This document shows, one piece after another, positions 1 through 12,860 of a stretch of DNA of 64,000 nt. Numbering within the stretch: position 1 is the stretch's first letter; every line of letters begins with the position of its first letter. The stretch is from Dendrobates tinctorius (taxonomy: Eukaryota): assembly GCF_039654945.1 (NCBI RefSeq), contig NW_027361708.1, positions 5,270,001-5,334,000 of the forward strand, read 5' to 3'. A program made the position numbers and the translations under genes. Under the pieces are notes generated by a model, which was not told where the DNA came from, ran no database searches, and saw nothing but the letters and a program-made list of their open reading frames with translations.

Positions 1-310
1 TGCACATAACTGCACTTGATACTTGTCTATTGCACTTAAACACACGGGCTGATGACCGGATCATGCAGCTTTATATGAAAATCCCTATTATAATTGCCAG
101 ACCTGAATTAACAAGCATTTCTCACCTACTGTGTCCCCCCATTTCCTTGTAGATTGTAAGCTTGCGAGCAGGGACCTCACTCCTAATGTCATTGTTTGAA
201 TTGTCTTAACTTGTATTGAATTTATTGTCTGTACATGTCCCCGCTTAATTGTAAAGTGCTGCGGAATATGTTGGCGCTATATAAATAAAAATTATTATTA
301 TTATTATTAT
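1..310 (+). mobile_element. 3' end of an L2-type LINE with (TTA)n tail
   Basis: Typical vertebrate L2 3' end (ttgtagattgtaagc...tgtaaagtgctgcggaatatgttggcgctatataaataaa) followed by a (tta)n microsatellite tail. Confidence 0.65.
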
Positions 311-509
311 TTCTCGCACCCATAGGCTTGCATTGGAGAGTATCGGATGATATACGCGTACGCCTGTGGAAAAAAAACGGTGATGTGAGCTGCCCCATCG
401 TTTAACACTGGTCCGATGTTTTCTCGCATAGTACTCGCCCTTATTCTATGGTCGTGTGACTGCGGCACACGACCCCGGAAGAAGCGAGCAGTGAAATGGC
501 TGATATACA

Positions 510-1430
510 CAGTGGGTACGGAAAGTATTGAGACCCCTTTAAATTTTTCACTCTTTGTTTCATTGCAGCCATTTGGTAAATTCAAAAAAGTTCATTTTTT
601 TTTCTCATTAATGTACACTCTGCACCCCATCTTGACTGGAAAAAACCCCCCAGAAATGTAGACATTTTTGTAAATTTAATAAAAAAGAAAAGAACAAGAT
701 ATTACATGGTGATAAGTATTCAGACCCTTTGCTCAGTATTGAGTAGAAGCACCCTTTTGAGCTAGTACAGCCATGAGTCTTCTTGGGAATAAAAAAATAT
801 TGAAGTCAGCTCGCCTTCCTGCTGTGTGCAGCTTATCTCACCATCAGCCAACGCCCTACACAGATCCAAGTGAGCATAAGGAAACATCAGTACAAAAATG
901 GAAGGATCCAGCGATGTCAAGTGATGGTTAAAACCAATATTTATTATCAAAATGGCATTAAAATACTCTCTGGCAACACTGCATGGAAACACAGATCTAT
1001 GCGTTTCGACGCAAGGTCTTTTTCAAGAACTGGCTGTGTGCACAAGGAAAAAGACCTTGCGTCGAAACGCGTAGATCTGTGTTTCCATGCAGTGTTGCCA
1101 GAGAGTATTTTAATGCCATTTTGATAATAAATATTGGTTTTAACCGTCACCCGACATCGCTGGATCCTTACATTTATATACTGAGGTCTTCTTGGGAATG
1201 ATGGAACAAGTCTTTCACACCTGGATTTGGGGATCCTCTGCCATTCTTCCTTGCAGATCATCTCCAGTTCCGTCAGGTTGGATGGTGAATGTTGGTGGAC
1301 AGCCATTTTCAGGTCTCTCCAGAGATGCTCAATTGGGTTTAGGTCAGGACTCTGGCTGGGCCAGAATGAACTTTTTTGAATTTACCAAATGGCTGCAATG
1401 AAGCAAAGAGTGAAAAATGTAAAGGGTCTG
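510..1430 (-). mobile_element. Internally deleted Tc1-like element
   Basis: Starts CAGTG. 535-595 is inverted-repeated at 1367-1430. The minus strand at ~1190-1306 encodes a Tc1 transposase C-terminus (PSNLTELEMICKEEWQRIPKSRCERLVPSFPRR). Confidence 0.8.
791..1185. mobile_element. Penelope-like (PLE) inverted pLTR remnant inserted in the Tc1 relic
   Basis: ~120-bp near-perfect inverted repeat (902-1022 / 1049-1169) carrying AAGACCTTGCGTC-GAAACGCGTAG and AATAAA. Flanked by a 14-bp direct duplication gtcttcttgggaat (777-790, 1186-1199). Confidence 0.6.
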
Positions 1431-2450
1431 TATATATTTTTTTTATGGTGGTTGTCCCGCAGCTGATATATATACTGTTGTCCCAGCAGAGTACTTATTG
1501 CTATAACGCGGTGCTTTCCCTCCCTTTTGGAGGTTTTTTAGCCCTGTCTTTAGCATTATTTATTACTTACTCCCCAATATGCTGTGAGCTGACACTCTTT
1601 TTTTTTTACAGACGATTGACTTGAGTGGATGATTTTTAGCCAGAAATCGGATCAAAATCGGACATCTCTTGTTTTTTTATTATTGAGAAGCTGACTGCAC
1701 AAAATAGCCATGTGAACGGCCGCTAAAGTGTTCTAGCTATGAGAATCATGGCTAGAAACCCGGCATAAAATCCCGCTCTTGATACAAGACAGCTTGCAGA
1801 GTTTGTTGTGGACCCCACCTTATGCAAAACGAAGGGTGAGAACCGCTGTAAAAAGTCTCTGAAAAATTGGACATGATGCGAAATTAAAAAATCTTCCACA
1901 CAGGTCACTTTCTGTACAGAAATGATCTGCAGCGTGTGGATGAGATTTTTGAAATCCGATTCATTTTGCTCCCAGGATAGATATGGCCGAAAAAAGTGTT
2001 TCACACCTAGAGATGGTGCGTTCAACTTTCCAGCTCGTATTCTCAGCCCTCTTTACACGACACTGTGACCGCAGCCTCCTTTTTATGGGCGACACAAAAT
2101 TAGGAAAACAATTGCAGAGAAAACTACGGCTCTCCTTCATCAAAGCAATTTCTCTAGAATTCTGCCATAAATTGCTTTTGGCATTTTCACACCAGTATCA
2201 CCCAGCTTCGCTAAAATGGACAGAGATGTGCGCAACATACAACTGGTCTAATTCCTGGCAAACTGTGGCGTTCTCTACATCAAGAATCTTATTCCGATCA
2301 GTGACACGAGTACGATTTCTGGCCTAGCACACAGAGGCACATGTCACTCGTCAGACACTCATCATGAATCCAGAGCACTTCACTCCAGCATGCCCCCTCA
2401 TCAATACCAGCTAGAAAATTGCCGATCTTTGTGAATCATGGACTACATCT

Positions 2451-4349
2451 TTAACTCTTTTCTGCCATTGGACTTACTATCCCGTCCATGTGCACTGGGA
2501 CTTAATGCCCATGGACGGAATATTATGTCATACGCGATCAGCTGCACTCACGTGGGGAGTGCGGCTGATCGTGACCGGGTGTCAGCTGATTCTCACAGCT
2601 GACACCCGCCACTAAGTGCCAGGAGCGGTCACAGACTGCTCCCGGCACTTTAACTCCCGGAACACTGCAATCGCAGCATTCCGGAGCCGGCAGAGAGGCT
2701 GACAAATCTGCATGTCATATAAGCAATCACCCTGCACAAAATGTGTGTCCCATAGTGGGACAATGTGTAAAAGTAAGAATGAAATTTAAAAAAATTTTTT
2801 TAAAAAAATTGTAAAAATATTTTAAAAAATAATGGAAAAAATCAATATTTATTCTATCATTAAATCAATATTTGAAAAGTAAAACTGCTTTATCAAACTG
2901 CTTTATTAATTTTACCACATGCAGAATGGTATAAACTCCCCCCAAAAAGAAATTCATGAATTGCTGGGTATTGTTCATTCTGCCTCCCAAAAATTGGAAT
3001 AAAAAGTGATAAAAAAATGTCATGTGCCCGAAGATGATATAAATAAAAATGTCAACTCATCCCATATAAAACAAGAACTCACATGACTCTGTGGGCCAAA
3101 ATATGGAAAAATTATAGCTCTCAAAATGTGGTGATGCAAAATGTATTTTTTCACAATAAAATGCATCTTTTAGTGTGTGACAGCTGCCAAACCTAAAAAC
3201 CACTATAAATGCTAAATCAAACCCCCCCCCCCTTATCACCCCCTTAGTTAGGGAAAAATAATAAAATAAAAAAAGTATTTATTTTCCATTTTTCCATTAG
3301 GGTTAGGGTTGGGGCTAAAGCTAGGGTTGGGGCTACAATTAGGGTTAAGGCTGGCATTAGAGTTAGGGATGGGATTAGGATTAGGGGTGTGTTAGCATTA
3401 GGTTTGTTGTCAGGGTTATGGGTAGGGTTGGTATTAGGGTTAGGGGTGTGTTGGGGTTAGAGTTGGAGTTAGAATTGGGGGGTTTCCACTGTTTAGGCAC
3501 ATCAGGGGCTCTCCAAACGCGACATGGCGTCTGATCTCAATTCCAGCCAATTTTGCATTGAAAAGTCAAACGGCGTTCCTTCCCTTCCGAGTGTTGCCAT
3601 GCACCCAGTGGTTTACTTGCATGTATGGGGTATCAGCTTACTCAGGACAGATTGTACAGCAACGTTTGTGGTCCAATTTCTCCTGTTACCCTTGGTAAAA
3701 TAAAACAAATTGGAACTGAAGTAAATTTTTTGTGAAAAAAAAGTTAAATGTTCATTTTTTTTAAACATTCCAAAAATTCCTGTGAAGCACCTGAAGGGTT
3801 AATAAAGTTCTTGAATGTGGTTTTGAGCACCTTGAGGGGTGCAATTTTTAGAATGGTGTCACTTTTGGGTATTTTCTATCATATAGACCCCTCAAAGTGA
3901 CTTCAAATGTGATGTGGTCCCTAAAAAAATGGTGTTGCAAAAATGAGAAATCGCTGGTCAACTTTTAACCCTTATAACTTCCTAATAAAAAAAAAATTTG
4001 GTTCCAAAATTGTGCTGATGTAAAGTAAACATGTGGGAAATGTTGTTTATTAACTATTTTGTGTGACATATTTCTCTGTTTTAAGGGCATGAAAATTCAA
4101 AGTTGGAAAATTGCGAAATTTTCAAAACTTTAGCCAAATTTCTGTATTTTTCACAAATAAGCGCAAGTCATATCAAAGAAATTTGACCACTGTCATGAAG
4201 CACAATATGTTACAAGAAAACATTCTCAGAATCACCGGGATCCATGGAAACGTTCCAGTGTTATTCCCTCATAAAGGGACAGTGGTCAGAATTGTAAAAA
4301 TTGGCCCGGGCATTAACGTGCAAACCACCCTTGGGGGTAAAGGGGCTAA
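2451..4349. mobile_element. Non-autonomous piggyBac-type element (TTAA|CCC-type ends)
   Basis: TTAA-ctcttt...aggggCTAA ends. Reverse-orientation relative of 28144-30862 and 52166-57345. Contains a degenerate TTAGGG-like tract at ~3297-3480. Confidence 0.7.
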
Positions 4350-5360
4350 AATGCAGTTTTCAATGTAGGTTTTTTTGTTGCGCGTTTCTGAACATGAGTT
4401 GTATCAGCCTTGAAACTAATTTATTATATTATTTCCCTGCCTGCAAGACGCCGTCCTTCACCCCTGGCGCCTGCTGGAGACCATGATCTCTTCTGCTGAC
4501 AGTAAAGAGGATTTCTATCCGAAAGTGAAGGAGCAACTTGTTACTTGCAGCCAAAACATCACTTATAAGCATGAAGGATGTGAACACCCACTTCTGATAG
4601 TATTCTTTGCCCTTATCTGTTACGGACTTGTGCAGTTATGTACAAATATCAGATTAGAAAGCACAGAGGCAATCAGAGGCTCAGCATCCCTTAGAGTGTG
4701 TTCACACAGGGCGTTTTGCTAATCAAAAAGCTGGTGTTGGCAGGAAATTGCTGGGTAAATTAAGCATGATTTTAGGGGTTTTTTGTGTTTTTAGTTGAGT
4801 AGTTAGAATTGTTGAGTAGTAGTAGAATTGTCATGCTGCAAGTTTGAAAAATTAATTTAACAATGCAAGGGAAAAAAAATGTAGCACAAGGATGACATTG
4901 TGGTAATTACATCCATTACCCTGGGACTGTAATACCTTGTGGGAGTTTTTGCATACAAAAAACGCCCAAACAAAAGCTACAAATATTCAGGGTGTGAACA
5001 AGCTCTTAACTTACTCTGCTAAGGGCACAAATCCGGTGATCTGAGGGTCCTATCAACAGGAGCGAACAATCATGTGCAAGTACAACTAATACATAGAAAT
5101 ATAGCAAATATTCCAATGAATAAATGATATATGTATTTGGAAATAACATGTCAATAAATAAGTGATGTCATATTTTAAACTCACAGCACATGACTGTCTT
5201 ACATCCAACCTTAGAATCCAAAATGCTTCTCATAGCAGCAGCTGCCTCCACCAGTCTCCACCCTTGGTGATCCATTGACTCTTTCAAAGGCGTAGAAAAC
5301 CAAAGAATCTATATTCGGCTACGTTCCCTTCATGAGCTTTTGGTGTGTTTTTGACTCGAA

Positions 5361-5904
5361 TGGCTCATACTCACTTGCTAGAGACTCGCACGAAAACCCG
5401 GCACTGCCGCCAGCACTGGGACCGGAGCGTGCGGCTGCATAGAAATACATGTAGCCGCACGCTCCGGTCCAAGTGCCGGTGGCAGTGCCAGGTTTTCATG
5501 CGAGAGACTCGCACGAGAATTGTGCGAGTCTCTTGCAAGTGAGTATGAGCCCTAAAGCTGGGGTCACACTTGTGAGAAACTCGCACGACTCTCGCGTCTC
5601 AATACCCGGCACTGCCGACGGCACTCGGGACCAGAGTGTGTGACTGCATGTCTTTCTATGCAGCTGAGCGCTCCAGTCCGAGTGCTAGCAGCAGTGCCAG
5701 GTATTGAGACGCGAGACTAGTGCGAGTTTCTCCCAAGTGTGACCTCGGCCTAAGGCTGGGGTCACACTTCCGTGTGTAATGCAAGAAACTCGCTCGAATC
5801 TCTCGCATCAATACCCGGCACTGCCGCCGGCACTCTGCACACTTCGGTCCTGAGTGCCGGAGGCAGTGCCGGGTATTACACTCGCAAGTGTGACCCCGGC
5901 CTAA
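5361..5904. mobile_element. Three abutting palindromic PIF/Harbinger-type MITEs
   Basis: Units 5361-5552, 5556-5750 and 5754-5901 each have GG..CC-type TIRs (e.g. ggctggggtcacac...gtgtgaccccggcc) and are separated by single TAA triplets. Confidence 0.7.
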
Positions 5905-6323
5905 ATATTTTTGTTGCCTCAAAAATGCAGTGTATTTCTAGAGATTTCCAGAAATCTCATGGACACCTTGCTTTTATTTTACTCACCATAAACTAACCCG
6001 CGGTGCTGATTTCAAATCTGCAGCACGTCAATTTCTCTTGTGGGTACCCTAACAAAAATATGTTTTTTGACAGCCGCATCACATGGAGCAATTGTCTTTT
6101 TGTTAGGCAATCCTTGCATGTGTTGCGGCTGTCTAACAACCGTGAGTCACGCAGCCGCAGGGACTCAAACATTGTTCTGTACTCACTAAATGAAGCAGAA
6201 TTCTTGTAGCTTATACAGGCAGCTAAACCACTATACCGGGGTCCAATAAGGAGACAGTAGGTTGAATCTGTGCTTTATTGAACACGGTGATATATTGGCG
6301 CGGTGAAACTACAAACAAAACAC

Positions 6324-6392
<69 letters not shown>
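6324..6392 (+). repeat. (TA)n(CA)n microsatellite
   Basis: Seen directly in the sequence. Confidence 0.95.
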
Positions 6393-6395
<3 letters not shown>

Positions 6396-7266
6396 AGTAC
6401 TGGGTTCATCAGGGATTCATAAAAACATAATACATCATCTGCAAGATTAGCTAACCAGGGGAGAACTAACTAAGCAGGGTAGTATGAGGCAGGAATTGGA
6501 TACAGGAAACATAAGTACAAACCAGCGATGCTGTCACAAGGGGAGAAGAGAACTGAGATGCTTCCTGAATGCAGGCAGAAGGAAAATGGTGGACTAGAAG
6601 GAAAATGGGGGCTGAACTAACCATAATCCTTTGTAAAAGGCTACCAGGGTGCCTTGCAGCCTTACCAGAATGCACTGGAAATGGGGGAAAAAGCAAAGTG
6701 AAAGTAAACACACAATAACACTGTGGTTAAGACTCTGGTCACTAGATGGAGCCAGAAAACACTGTAAACATTAACAAGCAGCTAATCAGGATTATGAGTC
6801 AGATGTCAGAGACAGAACAAACATATTATTCGAGCACACTGAAACACTTAGCACATGAGCATACTCAGATAACACCTTATCAGAGGACGCTCGCTCGTCA
6901 CTACTAACAAACTAAAAATATAATCATATGTATAAAATGTAATTACTGTCAGGGTACCTATTTGATTCCTAAATGTATGAACCATTATTTAGAGAAGACT
7001 GGGAACTTATGCGTGCCATGTTTAAGGTGGCATAATGAAAGTACGTTACTGTGCCTGCACGGCGTCCAGTAGCTAAAGGCCACATTGCTCATACTTTACT
7101 ATCACCAGTACTATTATTATGCAGATTACACAGAACCCTTCTTAGCAGCATTTTAAGGCTATATTAATATTGATTTTAAGCCATTATATATTTTTTTGTT
7201 TGAGGCAAACATTTCCATTGACGTGATGATAGTAATTTTTAATTATTTATAAATAAACTTTAAAGG

Positions 7267-9328
7267 GACCTGGTCTTCACCCGTCTCTGCTCTCTTTCTA
7301 ACTTCACCAACTCCCCTCTCCCTCTATCTGACCATCATCTACTCACTTTCTCATCCCTGTCCTAATCACCTGGCACCCATGTCCAGCAACACGCACACCC
7401 CCCACAGAAACCTTGCACACCTAGACACCCACGCGCTCTATGACTCTATTCTACCACTGGCATCCATATCCTCACTCCATGACACAGACAGTGCCACTGC
7501 TTTCTACAATGTCACTCTCACGTCAGCTATTGACACGGTTGCCCCTCTCGCTCATGGCAGAATGTGACGTATCAACAGACAACCCTGGCACAATAACACC
7601 ACTAAAAAGCTCCGGCAAGTGTCCAGGATTGCAGAGCGGCGCTGGAAGAAAACAAATTCGCAAGATGACTTCACCACATTCAAACATGCAACACACGATT
7701 TCAAATCTGCCCTCACCTCTGCTAAACAGGCCTACTTCACAACCCTCGTATCTTCCCTATCTTACAACCCAAAACAGTTATCAAAACTTTTAACTCCCTC
7801 CTCCGCCCACCACTGCCTTCTCCAACTTCCCTCATCTCTGCCGAGGACTTTGCCACACACTTCAAAAACAAGATTGACCAAACAAGGCAAGTCTTCATCA
7901 CTCAACCACCACAACCCCTTTGTATACCAGACCAATGCCCAAACCCCATAACCTCACTCTCCAACATCACTGAAGGGGAGCTTAATCACCTCTTCTCCAA
8001 ATCGCACCTCACAACCTGTGACTTGACCCCATCCCATCCCACCTCCTCCCCAACCTCACCACCACACTTATCCCATCCCTAACCCACCTCTTCAACCTGT
8101 CACTAACGTCCGGTACCTTCCCTTCTGCTTTCAAGCATGCCACAATCACGCCTATCCTTAAAAAGCCAACCCTCGACCCAACCGCTATGTCCAGCTATTG
8201 CCCAATATCATTGCTTCCATTCGCTTCCAAACTCCTGGAACAGCATGTCCACACTGAACTTTCCTCCCACCTATCATCTAACTTGCTCTTTGACAATCTA
8301 CACTCCACTGAGACAGCCCTGACCAAAATTACTAACGTCCTACATACAGCCAAATCAAATGGACAATACTCTATACTCATGCTTCTAGACCTGTCCTCTG
8401 CATTTGACATAGTTGACCACTGCCTCCTACTACAGATCCTCTCCTCCGTCTTCATCAAAGGCCTTGCCCTATCCTGGATCTCCTCATACCTTTCCAACCG
8501 CACATTCAGCGTCTCCCACACCACCTCCTCATCCCACCCTCTCCCTGTTGCAGTCCCCCAAGGCTCTGTTTTAGGACCCCTACTCTTCTCAATCTATACA
8601 CTTAGTCTGGGGCAACTCATAAAGTCCCACGGATTCCACTACCACCTTTATGCTGATGACACGCAGATCTACCTCTCTGGCCTAGACGTCACCTCTCTGC
8701 TGTCCAGAATCCCAGAGTGTCTATCAGCCATATCCTCCTTCTCCTCTCACTTCCTCAAACTCAATGTAGACAAATCTGAACTCATCATCTTTCCTCCATC
8801 TGATCTTCTTTACCTGACCTAGCTATAACAATTAATGACATCACACTTTCCCCAGTACCAGAAGTCCGCTGCCTCAGAGTAACCTTTGACTCAGCCCTGT
8901 CCTTCAAACCGCACATCCAAGCTCTTTCTACCTCCTGTCGCCTCCAGCTCAAAAATATTTCCAGAATCCGTCCTTTCCTCAACCCTCAATCTACTAAAAT
9001 GCTTGTGCATGCCCTCATCATCTCCCGCCTCGACTACTGCAACATCCTTTTCTGTGGTCTCCCTGCTAACACACTTGCACTTCTCCAGTCCATCCCTAAC
9101 CCTGCCGCCCGACTAATTCATCTCTCTCCTTGCTACTCCTCCGCTTCTCCCCTCTGCAAATCTCTTCACTGGCTCCCATTCCCTCAGCGTATCCAGTTCA
9201 AATTACTAATACTGACCTACAAGGCCATGTATAACCTGTCTCCCCCATATGTCTCTGAACTAATCTCCTGATACCTTCCCTCACGTAATCTCCGGTCATC
9301 CCAAGACCTCCTTCTCTCCTACACACTT
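7267..9328 (+). mobile_element. 5'-truncated L2 LINE; degraded ORF2 (end of APE domain + reverse transcriptase)
   Basis: ORF fragments with RT motifs [39 protein letters not shown] and LIISRLDYCN; multiple stops and frameshifts. Confidence 0.92.
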
Positions 9329-10137
9329 ATATAAATAAATAATAAAAAAGGGGTATTATGGGGATGGGGACAATGACAGCTCACCCTTAGGCCGGGGTCA
9401 CACTTAAAGCGAATATGTCAGCAGTTTTCGCCGATATAAGATACAGCCACTGCCTTTCAGCGCTAAATCTCATCTCCCCAGATTTCAATGCCGAGATCTC
9501 CATCTGCGCTTGCGCGGCGGCCATTTTCCAGGAAGCAAGCCACCACACAGGCATGAAAGGAACGCCAGAGCCCCCGACGCAGCATGGGACAGAGCCCGGG
9601 GGCAAGCACCCGGGGACCCAGCGCGGCAGCACCAGGTAAAGAGTGGGTGACAGCACCCCGGTGACAGAGCGGTAAGCAATAAGATGCCTGGATTATAAGA
9701 AGCACCACCATTTTATTAAAAAAACTTTTTTTTCCTATTTTTCTCCTCAAACTTTGGGGTGCGTCTTATAATCCGGAGCGTCTTATAAAGCGAAAAATAT
9801 GGTAAATTCCTTGTGGGGCCTAGTTTTCAAAATGGGGTCACTTGTGGGGGTTTCCACTGTTTAGGCACATCAGCGGCTCTCCAAATGCGACATGACAACT
9901 GCACACCATTCCATCAATGTCTGCTTTCCCAAACGTTACTCCTTGCTTTCTGAGTACTGCTGTTTGCCTAAATGGTAGTTTTCCCCCCCATCTTACCCTT
10001 GTGAAAATAAAAAAATGGGGCTAAAATAATATTTTAGTGGGAAAAATATGATTTTTTTATTTTCACATCTCATCGTTTTAAACTTCTGTGAAGCACCTGG
10101 AGGTTAAAGGTGCTCACCATACATCTAGACACATTCC

Positions 10138-10772
10138 TTAACCCCTTCATGACTGGAGCTTTTTTCATTTTTGCGTTTTCGTTTTTAGCTCCCATTCTTC
10201 CCAAAGCCTTTTTTTTATAGATCTGGCGTTTCTGAATGCGGCGATACCAAATGTGTATGCTTGATTTTTTTTTTGTTTGTTTTATTTTGAATGGGACGAG
10301 AGGGAGGTGATTTGAACTTTTATTTTTTTTATATTTTAAAAACATTTTTTTTTTTACTTTTGGCAAGCTTCAATAGTCTCCATGGGAGACTAGAAGCTGC
10401 CACAACCCGATCGGCTCTGCTACATACAGGCGATGATAAGATCGTCTATATAAAGCAGAATTACTCAGTTGCTATGAGCGCCGACCACCGGTGACACGCG
10501 ATCATGTTACGGGGGTCACCGGTGGACGTATTTCCGGCCTGATGGACGGAAGTGCGAGTTAAATGCCGCTGTCAGAGTTTGACAGCGGCAAGTAGCGGGC
10601 TAATAGCCGCGAGTAGATCGCGATTCCACCTGCAGCTATTCCGGGCAACTGTCAGCTGTTCAAAACAGCTGACATGTCCCAGGAGAGATGTGGGCTCACC
10701 GCTGGAGCCAACATCAAAGGGAGTGAGTCCGACATCAGTGTAAATTTACGCCCAATGTCGGAAAGGGGCTAA
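10138..10772. mobile_element. Short piggyBac-type MITE nested at a TTAA
   Basis: TTAAccccttc...gaaaggggCTAA. The host sequence ttcct/taaggggtctag is continuous across it. Confidence 0.7.
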
Positions 10773-11218
10773 GGGGTCTAGTTTCCAAAATGAGGTCACT
10801 TGTGGGGTGTTTACACTGTTTAGGCACATCATGGGCTCTCCAAATGGGAAACTGCATCCGCTAATCATTCCAGCAAATATTGCGTTCAGAAAGTTAAATG
10901 ATATTCCTTCCCTTCCAAGCCCTGCTGTGAGTTGAAACAGTACTTTTCCCCCACATATGGGGAAGCAGTGCACTCAGGCGTAATTGCACAATTTTTGCGC
11001 TCCATTTTCTCCTGTTACCTTTGTCAAAATAAAAAATTTGGGATTAAAAGAACATTTGTGTGTAAAAAATTAGATTTTTTGTTTTCACGGCTCAACGTTA
11101 TAAATTTCTGTGAAGCACTTGGGGGATCAAGGTGCTCACCACACATCTAGATACATTCCTTAAGGGGTCTAGTTTCCAAAATATGGTCACTTGTGGGGGG
11201 TTTCCACTGTTTTACATA

Positions 11219-12505
11219 TAGTCCATGAGCCAAGAGCCAATTTTGACGATATCGGTACCACCCGGAGTGACTAATTCTCTTTGGTGTTTTTAGGTAGATG
11301 CATGTCTGTAGTTTATGTTTTGATATGATAGCCCTTGCACATCAGTAGCTTAACCCCTTCAGGCCTATTTGTACCCAAATGCCTAGGCCATTTTTTGTAA
11401 ATCTGACCTGTCACTTCATGCGGTAATAACTTTGGGACGCTATCACCTACCCACGCCATTCTGAGATTGTTTTCTCGTGACATATTGTACTTCATGGTAG
11501 TGCTAATTGTGAGTCAATAGATTTTACCTTTCTGCATAAAAAAACTACAAAATACACGAAAATTTGGGAAAAATTCGCTATTTTTGAACTTTGAAATTCT
11601 CTACTTTTTACAAAAATGCTGATACCCCCCATAACAGTTATTAGTTTACATTCTCCACATGTCTACTTCACATTGGAATCATTTTGGAAATGAAATTTTA
11701 TATATTTTTCGGATGTGATAAGGCTCATAGTTTTATACGCAATTTTTAAAGTTTACGACTAAATTTCCAAAACCCATTTTTCCAAGGACCAAGTCAGTTC
11801 GGGCGTCACTTTATGGGTCTTGTATAACAGAACCCACCCATACATTACCCCATTTTGCAAACTACACCCCTCAAGGTGTCTAAAACGGATTTTCAAAACT
11901 TTGTTAACCACTTAGGTGTTGCACAGGAATTCAAGCAAAATGACAGTGAAATATCAAAATTTCAATTTTTTGGCAGATATTCCATTGTAATCCAATTTTA
12001 CCTGCAACCCAGCAAGGGTTAACAGCAAACCCAAACCCAAAATTGGTTACCCCAATTCCGCAGTTTATAGAAACACCCCACATGTACACGTAAACTAAAT
12101 TATGGGCGCGCAAGAGGACTCAGCACAGAAGGAGAGCTAGGCGGTTTTTGGGATAATAGATTACACTGGAAGAAATCCAGTGGGCCATGTCGTATTGGAG
12201 AGACCCTGAGGTACCCCCAGAGTGGAAACCCCCAAAAGGTTACCGCATTTTGGAAACTACACCCCCTAAGGAATGTTTTAGGGGGTATAGTAACCACTTT
12301 GACCCAACAAGCGCTCCATTGGAGTTTCATGCACTTGGTTGAGGAAATTGAAAAGTACGTTTTTTACCGAAAAATGTCGCTTTAGTCCCACATTTTTCAT
12401 TTTGAAAAGGGGGACCAGGAAAAAGTACACCCCACTTTTTATTCCCCATTGTCTCTCGAACACGGCAATACCACAAGTGTTGTCTAAAACCACAGTATTG
12501 GCGCA
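11219..12505 (+). repeat. Left terminal inverted repeat of AcademX (~1.29 kb)
   Basis: Reverse complement of 24013-25286 with few substitutions and small indels. The ORF track shows mirrored, near-identical peptides. Confidence 0.93.
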
Positions 12506-12860
12506 TATGGGAGGGGGAGGGGGGGATGTGTAGTGTAGTGTAGTGTAGTGTTTTTGTTTTTTTTAACTTTCTTTTACACTTTTTGCCTGCCTGCCCAGAC
12601 TTGCTGGGACTTGTGGTACCACAAGTTCCAGCGAGTGCAGGCAGGTCCGGCCAGCCTGCACAGTGCAGCGATCGTCCCTGTACTGACAGGATCGCATACA
12701 GGCAGAGGCGACACTGTCGGCCCTGCTACATCGCTGCTATGGCTAGAACGATGTTCTAGCCAATCGCAGCACAGGGGGAGGAGATCAGACACTGACATCC
12801 TCCCCCTGGCCTGTGGAGTGACTGGTAAATGCACCAATCGCTCCACAGGCACGAACCCCT

